Part shown: piece after piece, positions 1 to 19,537 of the stretch | Layout of the letters: every line of letters starts with the position of its first letter | Numbering within the stretch: position 1 is the stretch's first letter | Source: Octopus vulgaris | Taxonomy: Eukaryota | NCBI GenBank assembly: GCA_951406725.2 | Contig: OX597835.1 | Location: 17,856,001-17,920,000 of the forward strand | Direction: 5' to 3' | DNA length: 64,000 nt | The notes under the pieces: model-generated | What the model was told of the DNA's origin: nothing | The model's database searches: none | What the model saw: only the letters and a program-made list of their open reading frames with translations | Translations under genes and position numbers: made by a program

Positions 1-27
1 TATTATTATTATTATTATTATTATTAC

Positions 28-240
28 GACGGCGAGCTGGAAGAACCGTTAGCACGCTCGGCAAAATGCTCAGCCTCATTTCGTCCGTCTTTACGATCTA
101 TGTTCAAATTCTACCGAGGTCGGCATTGCCTTTCATCCCTTTCGAAGTCGATAATTTATGTACAGTTAAGTACTAGGGTCGATGTGATCGACTGCTCACA
201 TTCCCATAATAAATCCAGGCCTTGTTCCTAAAGGAGAAAG
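28..240 (+). mobile_element. Diverged tRNA-derived SINE, family M (GGCGAGCTGGCAGAA head)
   Basis: Degenerate match to the copies at 48981 and 49231, with a B-box-like GTTCAAAT and the GCCTTTCATCC...GTCGATAA core. Flanked by (TTA)n. Confidence 0.8.
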
Positions 241-311
241 GATTATTATTATTATTGCTATTATTATTATTATTATTATTATTATTATCATCATCACCAC
301 TACTACTATCT

Positions 312-342
<31 letters not shown>

Positions 343-356
343 AACTACTGCTGCTG

Positions 357-399
<43 letters not shown>
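241..399. repeat. (TAT)n/(TAC)n trinucleotide microsatellite
   Basis: Seen directly. Confidence 0.95.
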
Positions 400-764
400 G
401 GATCTTTTCTTTTTGAAAGCCAGATTTTCCTAGTTAACTAAACAATTTGAAACTTCGTATACTGGTAGAATGTGTCAAAAGAAAACATAATTGTAAACCA
501 AAATGAAAACGGAATTGTAATTTTAAGTTTAACGTTGTTTAATAATTCGAATTTTAACCAATGATATTCTTTCCTTCGGCCTCATATTATTTACTGCCTC
601 TCAAAATATTGTTACTGTGACGCAAACAGTTATTTTGTGACGTAGTTAACGTAAACATGTAAATAGCTAACTAAAATGTAAACATCTCCGCTTATCATAA
701 ACTTCGTGGAGTATATATAAAATTTGTGTAGATCCTAAATAGCTACACACACATGTATACAAGC

Positions 765-818
<54 letters not shown>

Positions 819-1087
819 CTATACACACATATTCTAATGCATATGCATATATGTGTATATATTTATAATGTGTGTGTATTATAGATGCATACATACATTA
901 TATATATATATATATATATATAAAAGATGTTTACATACAATATATATATGTTATATACATCTACATGTATATGTATGTATGAATATATAAGAACCACAGA
1001 ATTTGAATCAAACTGTTTTGAACCATACATACACACACACACACACACACCAACACTACGATCCATGAGACATCCTAACATAATCAA

Positions 1088-1238
1088 TGCTACTACTACT
1101 ACTATCATCATCATTATCATCATCATCCACTGCCGCCACCACCACCACCTCTACAAAAACACCAACACTATAATTGCTACCATCATACACATCCACTGTC
1201 ACCACTACCACCACTGCCATGATAACCACATCTACCAC
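1088..1238. repeat. Degenerate (TAC)/(CAT)/(CAC) trinucleotide tract
   Basis: Seen directly. Confidence 0.85.
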
Positions 1239-1343
1239 GGCTGTTTGCTTACTGCTTACCCACTCACAAAATAGCTATCTACGTCACATTAACACTATGC
1301 AGCTAATAATTTCAAATGAAAACAGACAATATGATTGGCTAAG

Positions 1344-1452
1344 AATAGAATAAGTACTGGGCTTACAAAAAGAATAAGTCCCGGGGTCGAGTTGCTCGAT
1401 TAAAGGCGATGCTCCAGCATGGCCGCGGTCAAGAGTAACATTAAAAGTAAAA
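1344..1452 (+). mobile_element. 3' fragment of SINE family K (OK-like)
   Basis: ATAGAATAAGTACTGGGCTTACAAAA...GCTCCAGCATGGCCGC matches the 3' part of the full copy at 54981-55386. Confidence 0.85.
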
Positions 1453-1832
1453 TATGTTTTATATGACACGTTAGGGTTAGGGTTAGTGTCCGAAGGTTGA
1501 AAGTGTTTAGTTACAAAAAATATATTTCTCGATCTGCCGTTGAAAGGGTAAAGATCCCTTATATTATTTATTTAAACCCTTTACAAACTAGAAGGGTTAT
1601 GGGTCAAGAGGAAAATACATCAATCAAATGTTGGGAAGGCCATCGTTTGAATAAAACAACATTGTTCCTCAACAGAACAATAAGGCTCTATAGTTAGGGG
1701 GAAATTTACCCATTCAGTTTCAAAACTCAGGTGGAGCCAAAAGAGGTCTCTACACATACATACGTATACACACACATACATACATACATATATCCAGACA
1801 ACTTCAGCTTTATATATATATATATATATGTA

Positions 1833-2676
1833 CTAGCAGAATTGCCCGGCGTTGCTCGGGGCTGAATTGCTTGAAAGTACTGTTAATGATTGCACTGAAT
1901 TATGATGATTATTCAGGCAAATATTGATATAAGTTTACGGTGGGAGATAAGGACTTAACGATCAAACGTGTGCCATTGCATTGTTTTGGGGGAACCAAAT
2001 TTCTGATGAGCATTATAGGGGCACCAACTTTAAGTTTGAGAAAGTGTGGTGGTAGTCCGGGGTGCTCAAAGGAATTGAGTACCTCTATTGGATAGTTGAT
2101 GACGTCCTCTGGGTCAGGAGTTGTATCGATAGACTGATATACATAGACTTCCCCATGAATGAGTTTTAGCATTTCATCATTAATATGGTGAACAGTTTTA
2201 TTCCTCGGGGCCAGTATAGCCTTTTTGCCAATCCAATCCATATTCTGATAATTAGCTTGTAGATCTGGGAAAACTGCATCTCTGAGATCAGGAGGCGTCT
2301 TAACAATGGTACAAATGGAATCGATGGCAATATTACCATTTTCATCCCCTGGTATTTTGCCTTCGCCAAGTGCAAGGAGGGTGTGAGGAAATGCTGCTGA
2401 TGTGATATTACGTCGCATATGAGCACGCATATTGGTGAGAAGTTTGAGTGTTACTTCCCTTTATTAAAAAAAATATGCATTAAAATGGAAAAAAATGATG
2501 GTAAATTATTTTTAAAATCGTAGACTCATCATAGACGCGCGCTAATACCCAGAAGGGCTCGATATGAATCACGACTATAAGATACCCGGTTTTGGTTAAA
2601 CTGCATCGCAAAATGTGGGAGTAGTTAGGAATCTAAATCGGAGTAGACAGACATACCTTTCTTTTATATATAAAGA
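1833..2676 (-). mobile_element. Non-autonomous Helitron, family A, with an internal helicase remnant
   Basis: Minus strand starts TC (2676) and ends with hairpin CCCGAGCAACGCCGGG, about 8 nt, then CTAG (1833). The same termini occur at 7812-8324, 15329-15723 and 58593-58986. Confidence 0.9.
1909..2430 (-). pseudogene. Fragment of the Helitron Rep/Hel PIF1-family helicase (C-terminal part)
   Basis: PIF1 motifs AILAPRN..V..IN, GLPPHFLKLKVGAPIMLIRNL and CNGTRLIV. Lies inside Helitron termini. No Rep domain. Confidence 0.92.
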
Positions 2677-3124
2677 TTTTCGTCCGTCCTAAAAAACTTT
2701 GTGCGGAGTGAATGGTTACCTCTATAGGAAATATATACACACACATTATACATACATGTGTGTATAGATGAATATATAAATACATTTAAATATCTATATA
2801 CACTTTTGGGCGATCTTTCTGCTACTTGGATATACTTTAGATCTTATATTCGTCCAATTTGTCCTAAATAACTTTGTATGGAGTGAATGGTTACCTCTAT
2901 GGAAATATATACACACACATTATACATACATGTGTGTGTCTATATACACTTTTGGGCGACTGCTACTTAGAGATAACTTTAGATGTTAGGTGATCTAGCA
3001 AAAAGGATGACCAGTTTGACTTGCTCATCCCTGTCACACACTCACACACACGCACACACACACACAGACACACACGCACCCTCACACACACACAGACGCA
3101 CACACACACACACACTCACACACG

Positions 3125-3155
<31 letters not shown>

Positions 3156-3786
3156 GTTAGCTTACAATTTTATTTATATATTTGCTTGTCTATGTGTGTA
3201 AAGAGGAAGTGGGAGTAATATGCAGAGTGAAATGTTAAAATATTGAGTTTTCTCGAATTTTGTCTTAATTGGGGGTAAAATTGAAAGAAATTTTGTATGG
3301 CATGACCCAATGGAAATACTTTGAAAAATCATGGGTAAACTCTAATTGAAGAAATTGTGTGAGGAGTAAATCGTTATGTATTTATTTGTTTCTGTTTGCT
3401 GTGTTTTTTTTTAGTAGTGGTTTAAGGTACACTTCTCTCGTTTTATAGAAATAGTTTCACTTTAATCGTTGCACACTTGCAAAGAGAAAGGAGTAGAAAT
3501 TAGAGTGATAGCGTGAGTGAATCAGATCGCTCCGTTTGTGTGTGTGTGTGTGTGCGTGTGCTCTAGCCCACAATAAGAAAAGCACTTGACTTACACACCA
3601 CAATGTGAGTTTTCTCTAAATTTTGCTTAATTGGGGTTGAAATTTTAAAAACTGGACCTGGCATGACCCGATGCATTCTACTCTTAAAAATGCTAGGTAA
3701 ATTGTAATTGAAGAAATCCTATATTGTAGATTTCTATAAGAGACAAAGGGAGGCAGATAAAATCTGCCTTTTATAATAAGTTAATA

Positions 3787-3789
<3 letters not shown>
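2677..3789 (-). mobile_element. Helitron family B 5' portion, directly abutting the family A element
   Basis: Minus-strand 5' end TC...TTATTATAAAAGGCAGATTTTATCTGCC. About 3450-3789 is homologous to about 16235-16505. Contains internal duplications. Confidence 0.75.
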
Positions 3790-3833
<44 letters not shown>

Positions 3834-4219
3834 GCTTGGATCGCTTTCAATGCCACTACGTCCCGTCCGATTCGCTCCAAAATTTACAGGGACATGTAGA
3901 AATAGGTGACGAAGCTCGTGGGCTACCTTAGAAATCCCTATCTTAAAAGGTGTGGTTGCTAGGGGCCATCTTCCTCACTCACGCTATTTCTTCCAGTACC
4001 CTCTCACTCCCCTTTATATATAACTTTGATAGTTCCACTACCATTATTTAAAGTATCTGTCACTCTCGCTATTTCCTCTCTTTTTCACTCACTCTGTTTC
4101 TTACCTTCCCATTACATCGACGTTCTTTTACGTATCTGTCTGTCACCAACAACACACGAGCATGAGAACAAATATTATGAATCAGATATTCTTGCGTTCA
4201 TTTATATGTATGTATGTGT

Positions 4220-4594
4220 GTGTGTTCTATATATAAATATGTATATATAATGTATGTGTGTGTGTGTGTGTGTTCTATATATGAATATGTATATATAATG
4301 TATGTGTGTGTGTGTGTTCTATATATAAATATGTATATATAATGTATGTGTGTGTGTGTGTTCTATATATAAATATGTATATATAATGTATATATACAAA
4401 GTGTATATATCTGTAGTTATGTATATTAAACTTTCTCATACTTTTTCATAGTTATATATATTTTTAAACAAATTATAAATATAATTTAATAATTTTTATT
4501 TTCAATTTAATTTAAATTTTTCAATTTTATATTTTCTATATTATATTTTTTATTAATGTTTTTGTTTTTGGTTTTTCACTGTTTGATTTGCCTA
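4220..4594. repeat. AT-rich direct repeat, copy 1 (copy 2 at about 5295-5614), including short tandem TG/TA units
   Basis: Near-identical text, e.g. TTTTTCATAGTTATATATATTTTTAAACAAATTATAAATATAATTTAATAA and GTTTTTCACTGTTTGATTTGCCTA, in both copies. Confidence 0.9.
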
Positions 4595-4780
4595 AAAATT
4601 CCATTTTTCACTTTTATAATTATACCCAGAGTGCTCTAATCGAATATGAACTGTCTTCCCATTGGCGGACGTTTGTCTTTTTTATTTTTGAAACGAACAC
4701 ATTGCCTCTTTCGTTTTAAAACAATAAAACAATACTACCTTAATACATTGGTCCAACAAACAAAATATCACCACTCTCAT

Positions 4781-5294
4781 TCTTTTATGTATCTGAGAAT
4801 GTGTGTCTGTCTGTCTGTGTGTTTCCATAAAACTTGAGAACTACACAACCAATTTCATTCAAATTTTACACATGACTTACTTAGGGTATAAGGAGTGTGT
4901 TGAGCTGGGCTCTGGGCGCCATTGGGCTTACTGTCCACGGCTCCGAGACCACAGTGAGCGCTATGGCGACCAGAGCTCGCTATGGTCGCCACAGCTTCAC
5001 GAAGGAGGGAAGAAGGGGGAGAAGCAACACAGGTGCAGGCGTGAGCACGGACGCCAACTCCGCCGCCATCGACACACGGAAAAATATGCGTTAAAATGGA
5101 AAAAAATGATGTTAAATTATTTTTAAAATCGGAGACTCATCGTAGACGCGTGCTACTACCGAGACGGGCTCGACATGAATCACGACTATAAGATACCCGA
5201 ATTTGGTTAAGCTGCACCGGAAAATGTGGGAGTAGTTAGGAATCTAAATCGTAGGAGACAGACACTCACACAACTACATTTTTATATATATAGA
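4781..5294. mobile_element. Chimeric Helitron-derived element (family C 5' part on +, family A 5' part on -)
   Basis: About 4795-4985 matches 26938-27130. About 4990-5294 matches 8020-8324. Confidence 0.75.
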
Positions 5295-5614
5295 TATGTA
5301 TATATAATGTATGTGTGTGTTCTATATATAAATATGTATATATAATGTATGTGTGTGTGTGTGTGTGTTCTATATATAAATATGTATATATAACGTATAT
5401 ATACAAAGTGTATATATCTTTATTTATGTATATTAAACTTTTTCATACTTTTTCATAGTTATATATATTTTTAAACAAATTATAAATATAATTTAATAAT
5501 TTTTATTTTCAATTTAAATAATTTAAATTTTTCAATTTTATATTTTATATATTTTCTATATTATATTCTTTTTTAATGTTTTTGTGTTTGGTTTTTCACT
5601 GTTTGATTTGCCTA
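5295..5614. repeat. AT-rich direct repeat, copy 2
   Basis: See 4220-4594. Confidence 0.9.
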
Positions 5615-5686
5615 TTAGTGGTTTTATCTCTAATTTAATTTATACAGATATATATCTCATTTGTATATATTTGTATATATAATGCG

Positions 5687-5732
<46 letters not shown>

Positions 5733-6636
5733 CACACATATATATATATATATATATAATGTGTGCATTACGTAGTCGGTCGATTCAGCTGAAAATATGC
5801 ATACATATGTTAAAAGTGCTGGCAAGTTTGCATGACAACTATTTTTTTCCTCAAATGAAAGGCGTCACCTCTAGGACAAAATTCCTCATCTTATAAAATG
5901 TGGCCCCAGTAGACCCGAATGAAATCGGGTTATGTTAACCAAAATGTGAAAAGGGGTCTAAATGGGGCTGGAATGGGATTAAAATTTAAAGGAGCGGGTG
6001 TTTAGGAATTCTCTGTTACATCAAGCTAAAAAATTTGCGCCAGCCTTTTAATCGTCAATGTGTTTCCGTCCATGATAAAGAGTCCATGGTGAGTCTACTG
6101 TCGTGAGAAAGAATCACTTCAAAAATTGGTATTTACGAATTTTCTTTTACATCAAGTTGAAAATTTTACGCCAGTCGTTAAACTGTCACTACGTTGCTGT
6201 CCATCGTTAAGAAATGCCAGCCATGGTGACTCTACTATCCTCAGATTCTATCCCATCAAACTTTGGTTTCCAATATTTTATTATTTTTCTTCAGCTCGCA
6301 AGTACGTCTGTTAAATGTTAGCATTTTGCTGTCTGCCATGAAGCAGACTTTTCCATTATCACTGCCTCATATTTCTGATTGATCTTTCTAAATATTTTAT
6401 TTCACAACTTACTCAAGATCTTCTGTTGTTTATAAATGGGAGAGAGATAGATAAAGATAGAGAGTAAGAGAAAGCGAGGAAAAGTCCGAGAGATAAGAAA
6501 ACTATGAGAGTGGTAAAGTGAGAGAGAAAGGAGAGAGAAAGGAGAGAGAAACAAATACGGAGAATCATAATCATCATCATCGTTTAACGTCCGTTTTCCG
6601 TGCTAGCAAGGGTTGGACAGTGTATACATTGTATAC

Positions 6637-6677
<41 letters not shown>

Positions 6678-6699
6678 TATATATAAATTGTTTACGTTT

Positions 6700-7811
6700 A
6701 TACTTTTATATATAATAGGTATATATATATATATATATATTTATAAATATATATAATTTATATACATTTATATATATATAAATATATATAATTTGTATAT
6801 ATTTATATATATATACATATATATAATTTGTATATATTTATATATATACATATATATAATTTGTATATATTTATATACATATATATAATTTGTATACATT
6901 TATATACAAATATATAATTTGTATACATTTATATACATATATATAATTTTTGTATACATTTATATACATATATATAATTTGTATACGTTTATATACATAT
7001 ATATAATTTGTATACGTTTATATACATATATATAATTTGTATACATTTATATACATATATATAATTTGTATACATTTATATACATATATATAATTTGTAT
7101 ATATTTATATACATATATATAATTTGTATATATTTATATACATATATATAATTTGTATATATTTATATACATATATATAATTTGTATATATTTGTATACA
7201 TATATATAATTTGTATATATTTGTATACATATATATAATTTGTATATATTTGTATACATATATATAATTTGTATATATTTGTATACATATATATAATTTA
7301 TATATATTTGTATACATATATATAATTTGTATATATTTATGTAGATATATATAATTTGTATATATTTATATACATATATATAATTTGTATATATTTATAT
7401 ACATATATAAAATTTGTATATATTTGTATACATATATAAAATTTGTATATATTTGTATACATAAATATAATTTGTATATATTTGTATACATATATATAAT
7501 TAGTATATATTTATATACATATATATAATTAGTATACATTTATATACATATATATAATTTGTATACATTTATATACATATATATAATTTGTATACATTTA
7601 TATACATATATATAATTTGTATACATTTATATACATATATATAATTTGTATATATTTGCATACATATATATAATTTGTATATATTTGTATACATATATAT
7701 AATTTGTATACATTTATATACATATATATAATTTGTATACAATTATATACATATATATAATTTGTATACATTTATATACATATATATAATTTGTATACAT
7801 TTATATGCATA
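6700..7811. repeat. 29-bp minisatellite (consensus approx. TATATACATATATATAATTTGTATACATT), left arm
   Basis: Units start at 6961 and 6990. ORF translations here repeat every 29 aa. Confidence 0.95.
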
Positions 7812-8324
7812 CTAGCAGTATCACCCGGCGTTGCTCGGGTTTGTAATGGAAATAACTATATAAGCATTTTTAGAGAGTTACTTCCCTTATAGATGCCAAT
7901 TCGGGCTTTCTTAGCCATTTCTGTTTTGGAGTCTTCAAGCCATGAAGTCGTTGTTCTAAAAGAACGCTGGTCTCCTTGACAACGCTTTACGACGTTGATT
8001 TCCTTACACTCCCTTCCCCACAGCTTCACGAGGGAGGGAAGAAGGGGGAGAAGCAAACAGGTGCAGGTGTGACCATGGACGCCAACTCCGCCGTCATCGA
8101 CACACGAAAAATTATGCATTAAAATGGAATAAAAAATGATGTTAAATTATTTTTAAAATCGTAGACTCATCGTAGACGCACGCTAATTCTAAGACGGGCT
8201 CGATATGAATCACGACTATATGATACCCGAATTTGTTTAAACTGCACCGCAAAATGTGGGAGTAGTTAGGAATCTAAATCGAAGGGGACAGACACTCACA
8301 CAACTACAGTTTTATATATATAGA
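7812..8324 (-). mobile_element. Non-autonomous Helitron, family A
   Basis: CTAG at 7812 with hairpin CCCGGCGTTGCTCGGG. Minus-strand 5' TC at 8324. Confidence 0.9.
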
Positions 8325-10476
<2,152 letters not shown>

Positions 10477-12190
10477 AAGACGATATAAATGAAGACGATG
10501 TAACCAAGGCTATAGATGAAATGAAAACAGACTCAGCTACTGGCCCCGATGGATTCCCGGCAATCCTCCTAAAAGCATGTAAGAGAGTCCTAGCAAGACC
10601 ACTGCAGTTCCTCTTTCAGAGCTTCCTTGCAGCTGGCAAACTTCCAGGAAAACTGATGGAAGGTAAAATATGCCCCATTCATAAAGGAGGTAGCAGAGCG
10701 GAAGCCAAGAACTATAGACCTATCTCTCTGACCTCACACATCAGCAAGTTCATGGAACGAATAGTCAGAAGGAAGCTGATCACCTTCCTTGAAGAGAATG
10801 ACTTGCTGCCCGACACCCAACATGGTTTCCGACCAGGGAGAAGCTGTTTAACTCAGCTCCTAGAACACTATGACTGGGTGCTGAAACGGCTGCTCAACCA
10901 CTCAAATGTGGAAGTGATATATCTCGACTTTGCAAAGGCCTTTGATAAAGTCGATCATGGAATGATATGTCACAAACTGCGTGATCTCAACATAGTTGGA
11001 AAACTGGGAGAATGGCTTCATGACTTTCTGAAGGATAGAAGTCAGGTGGTAGTAGCCAATGGGGCCACCTCCATTAACACACAAATAGTGAGCGGTGTTC
11101 CGCAGGGCACTGTTCTGGGACCACTACTGTTCATAATGGCCCTCTCAGACATGCCCTCAGCCACGCAGAGAGCCACGATCACAAGTTATGCAGATGATAC
11201 AAAAGTCTCACAGGCAATACAGAACCCTGAGGACACTAAACACCTGCAATGTGAGCTGGACGAAATATACAAGTGGGCTGAAAAGAATAGCATGCAGTTC
11301 AATGCTGGAAAGTTTCAAGCTTTATACTATCAGCATGCAAAACTGAATGCAATACCCAATGAATACACTGGACCCGGAGGGATTGCAATCCCAGAGGCAC
11401 AATCAGTGCGTGACCTGGGTATTCACATGAGTGATGACGCGACCTTTCATGTACATGTTGCTAAACTGACAATGAAATGTAGACGGCTGGCTGGATGGAT
11501 TCTTAGAACCTTTAGAACAAGAGAACAAGAAACCATGATGGTCCTCTGGAAGACACTTGTCCTAAGCCACTTTGACTATTGCTCTCAGCTATGGTCACCA
11601 TCCAGTGTCAAGTTGATCACAGAACTTGAGGCGATCCAACGAAGCTACACAAAGAAGATAGCCTCTATGCAGAATGTAAGCTACTGGGAAAGACTCAAGA
11701 GATTAAAATTATATTCCCTGGAGCGTAGGCGGGAAAGATATGCCATAATATACATCTGGAAGATCCTGGAGGAAGTGTCCTGAACTTTGGCATCGAGAGT
11801 TACGCAAATGCCAGAACTGGGCGCCACTGCGTGGTGCCTAGGACTCCGAACCTGCCATCAAGATGTAGGACAAGATACTGTGATAGCCTGGGCTTCCGAG
11901 GCCCACAGTTCTTCAATATCCTCCCGAAGAACCTGAGAGACCTGCATGGGGTGGATACAGATGTCTTTAAAATGAAGCTGGATCTCTTCCTGTCAGGTGT
12001 CCCAGATGAACCAACTTCACGGCAGGAGGGGCAGATGAGGGCAGCTGCATCGAATTCTCTCATGCACCGAATAGCAGTTGCTAGAAAGCCTCCATGAAGT
12101 GAAACCAAGTAGCAACACCAAATGGCGGTGCCCCAGCATGGCCACAGCTCATAAGCTGAAACTAGAATCAATCAATCAATCAATCAATCA
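10477..12190 (+). mobile_element. 5'-truncated CR1-like LINE with (AATC)n tail
   Basis: RT ORF followed by a short 3' UTR and (AATC)n at about 12166-12190. Inserted in (TA)n. Confidence 0.92.
10521..12097 (+). pseudogene. LINE ORF2 reverse transcriptase domain and C-terminus, frameshifted near 11780
   Basis: GPDG, NYRPISLTS, QHGFRPGRSC, YLDFAKAFDKVDH, GVPQGTVLGPLLF, YADD, RDLG and YSLERRR in 10521-11783. Continues in another frame to 12097. No endonuclease domain. Confidence 0.93.
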
Positions 12191-15328
<3,138 letters not shown>

Positions 15329-15329
<1 letters not shown>

Positions 15330-15723
15330 TAGCAGTATCGCCCGGCGTTGCTCGGGTTGTAAGGGAAATAACTATATAAGCATTTTTAGAGAGTTATAAC
15401 AAAAAATAGCAAAAAAATGCATTAAAAATTGAAAAAAAATTAAGGTAAATTTTTTTTTTAAATCGTTGACACATCGTAGATATTTTTAGAGAGTTACTTC
15501 CCTTATATAAAAGCGAAAAAAATGTATTAAAATGGAAAAATATGATGGAAAATTTTTTTAAAATCGTAGACTCATCGTAGACGCGCGCTAATATCCAGAA
15601 GGGCTCGATATGAATCACGACTATAAGAAACCCGCTTTTGGTTAAACTGCACCGCAAAATATAGGAGTAGTAATGAATCTAAATCGAAGGGGACAGACAC
15701 ACAACTTCATTCTTATATAAAGA
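15329..15723 (-). mobile_element. Non-autonomous Helitron, family A
   Basis: CTAG plus hairpin at 15329-15356. 5' TC at 15723. Has an internal tandem duplication. Very similar to 58593-58986. Confidence 0.9.
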
Positions 15724-16505
15724 TGCTTTTTTTTTTCAGTCATAGAGTTAGATTTATGAAGGTCTTCAGTAGAAAATCCTTCGAATTCTGACTCGCTGCT
15801 TGATATAATGAAATTCGTATCCATTTTTTGTCAGAATTACAAATTTTGAAAACACAATAGGAACAAATTTCGGAAAAAAATCTCCCATAATTCACGGAAT
15901 TAAAATTACACTTCGATTTTTGTACAAAACTGTATTTGAAGTGTTTACGAAGTATAATACGTGTTTTCACGAATTTACTAAAGAGATTTACTCTGATATT
16001 CTCATTTAAATACGAATAGGTAAATTCGGGCGGTTTGGTAACGAAAGAGTTTATATAAGTGTCGTCTGTTTATACATAAACAATGTTTCATACTTTCAGT
16101 TAAGTCTTCCTCAAATCACTCTGTCGCTAATTTACTCTCTTCCAAGAACATTTTCACTCACTCTTATCTGTTAGCTTCCCATACGTTTTACTCATGTATC
16201 TATCAGCGTGATAGACAGAAACAAATATTACATCTAGTTTCACTTTATTCGTTGCACACTGTGTGTGTGCGTTTGCGTGTGCTGTAAACCAGACTAAGAA
16301 AAGCATTTGACATACACACCAGAATGTGAGTTTTCTGTAAATTTTGCTTAATTGGAGTTTAAATTTTAAAAAACTGGACCTGGCATGACCCGATGCATTC
16401 TACTCTTAAAATTGCTAGGTAAATTGTAATTGAAGAAATCCTATATTGTAAATTTCTATAAGATACAAAGGGAGGCAGATAAAATCTGCCTTTTATAATA
16501 AGAGA
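15724..16505 (-). mobile_element. Helitron family B 5' portion
   Basis: Minus-strand start TCTCTTATTATAAAAGGCAGATTTTATCTGCC. Homologous to about 3450-3789. Confidence 0.75.
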
Positions 16506-19500
16506 TATATAATTTGTATACATTTATATACATATATATAATTTGTATACATTTATATACATATATATAATTTGTATACATTTATGTACATATATATAAT
16601 TTGTATACATATATATAATTTGTATATATTTGTATACATATATATAATTTGTATATATTTGTGTACATATATATAATTTGTATATATTTGTGTACATATA
16701 TATAATTTGTATAAATTTGTGTACATATATATAATTTGTATAAATTTGTGTACATATATATAATTTGTATATATTTATGTACATATATATAATTTGTATA
16801 TATTTATGTACATATATATACTTTGTATATATTCATATACAAATATATAATTTGTATATATTCATATACAAATATATAATTTGTATATATTCATATACAA
16901 ATATATAATTTGTATATATTCATATACAAATATATAATTTGTATATATTCATATACAAATATATAATTTGTATATATTGATATACAAATTATATATATAA
17001 TTATATATAATTTGTATACATTTATATACAAATATATAATTTGTATACGTTTATATACAAATATATAATTTGTATACACTTGTATACAGATATATAATTT
17101 GTATATATTTGTATGCATATATATAATTTGTATATATTTATATGCATATATATAATTTGTGTATATACATATACATATATATAATTTGTATATATTCATA
17201 TACATATATATAATTTGTATATATTCATATACATATATATAATTTGTATATATTCATATACATATATATAATTTGTATATATTCATATACATACATATAA
17301 TTTGTATATATTCATATACATACATATAATTTGTATATATTCATATACATACATATAATTTGTATATATTCATATACATACATATAATTTGTATATATTC
17401 ATATACATACATATAATTTGTATATATTCATATACATATATGTAATCTGTATATATTCATATACATATATATAATCTGTATATATTCATATACATATATA
17501 TAATCTGTATGTATTCATATACATATATATAATCTGTATGTATTCATATACATATATATTATCTGTATATATTCATATACATATATATAATCTGTATATA
17601 TTCATATACATATATATAATATGTAAATATTCATATATATAATCTGTATATATTCATATATATAATCTGTATATATTCATATACATAATCGGGTATATAT
17701 TCATATACATATATATAATCTGTATGTATATATTCATATACATATATATAATTTGTATGTATTGATATACATATATATAATTTGTATATATTTATATATA
17801 TGTATATAAATATATACAAATTATATATATAATTATATATAATTCGTATACATTTATATACAAATATATAATATGTATACGTTTATATACAAATATACAA
17901 ATATATAATTTGTATACGTTTATATACAAATATTTAATTTGTATACAGATACATAAGTTGTATATATTTGTATGCATATATATAATTTGTATATATTTAT
18001 ATGCATATATATAATTTGTATATATTTATATGCATATATATAATTTGTATACGTTTATATACATATATATAATTTGTATATATTTATATACATATATATA
18101 ATTTGTATATATTCATATACATATATATAATTTGTATATATTCATATACATATATATAATTTGTATATATTCATATGCATATATATAATTTGTATATATT
18201 CATATGCATATATATAATTTGTATATATTCATATGCATATATATAATTTGTATATATTCATATGCATATATATAATTTGTATATATTTATATGCATATAT
18301 ATAATTTGTATACATTTATATACATATATATTACTTGTATACGGTTATATACATATATATAATTTCTATACGTTTATATACATATATATAATTTATATAC
18401 ATATATATAATTTGTATACACATATATAATTTGTATATATTTGTATGCATATATATAATTTGTATATATTCATATGCATATATATAATTTGTATATATTC
18501 ATATACATATACGTAATTTGTATATCTTCATACGCATATATATAATTTGTATATATTCATATGCATATATATAATTTGTATATATTCATAGACATATATA
18601 TAATTTGTATATATTCATATACATATATATAATTTGTATATATTCATATAAATATATATAATTTGTTCATATTCATATACATGGCCTGGACCAATCTCTG
18701 GTCGAAATATATCTAAGTTTATCTAAGCTTATATAATTTGTATATATTCATATACATATATATAATTTGTACATATTCATATACATATATGTAGTTTGTA
18801 TATCTTCACATACATATATGTAGTTTGTATATCTTCACATACATATATATAATTTGTATATCTTCACATACATATATATAATTTGTATATCTTCATATGC
18901 ATATATATAATTTGTATATCTTCATATGCATATATATAATTTGTATATATTTGTATGCATATATATAATTTGTATATATTTATATGCATATATATAATAT
19001 GTATATATTCATATACATATATATAATTTGTATATATTTATATGCATATATATAATTTGTATATATTCATATGCATATATATAATTTGTATATATTCATA
19101 TGCATATATATAAATATACATATATATAATTTGTATATATTTGTATGCATATATATAATTTGTATATATTCATATACATATATATAATTTGTATATATTC
19201 ATATACATATATATAATTTGTATATATTCATATGCATATATATAATTTGTATATATGTATATGAATATATACAAATTATATATATGCATATGAATATATA
19301 CAAATTATATATATGCATATATATCATTTGCATATATATAATTTGTATATATTCATATGCATATATATAATTTGTATATATTCATATGCATATATATAAT
19401 TTGTATATATTCATATGCATATATATAGTTTGTATATCTTCATATACATATATATAATTTGTATATCTTCATATACATATATATAATTTGTTTATATACA

Positions 19501-19537
19501 TATACATATATACAATTTGTATATATTCATATACATT

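Noticed and set aside
1470-1487. TTAGGG telomere-type repeats
   Set aside because: Fewer than three units and interstitial. Probably part of a dispersed repeat.
11800-12171. 123-aa minus-strand ORF
   Set aside because: Antisense to the LINE 3' region with no recognisable motif.
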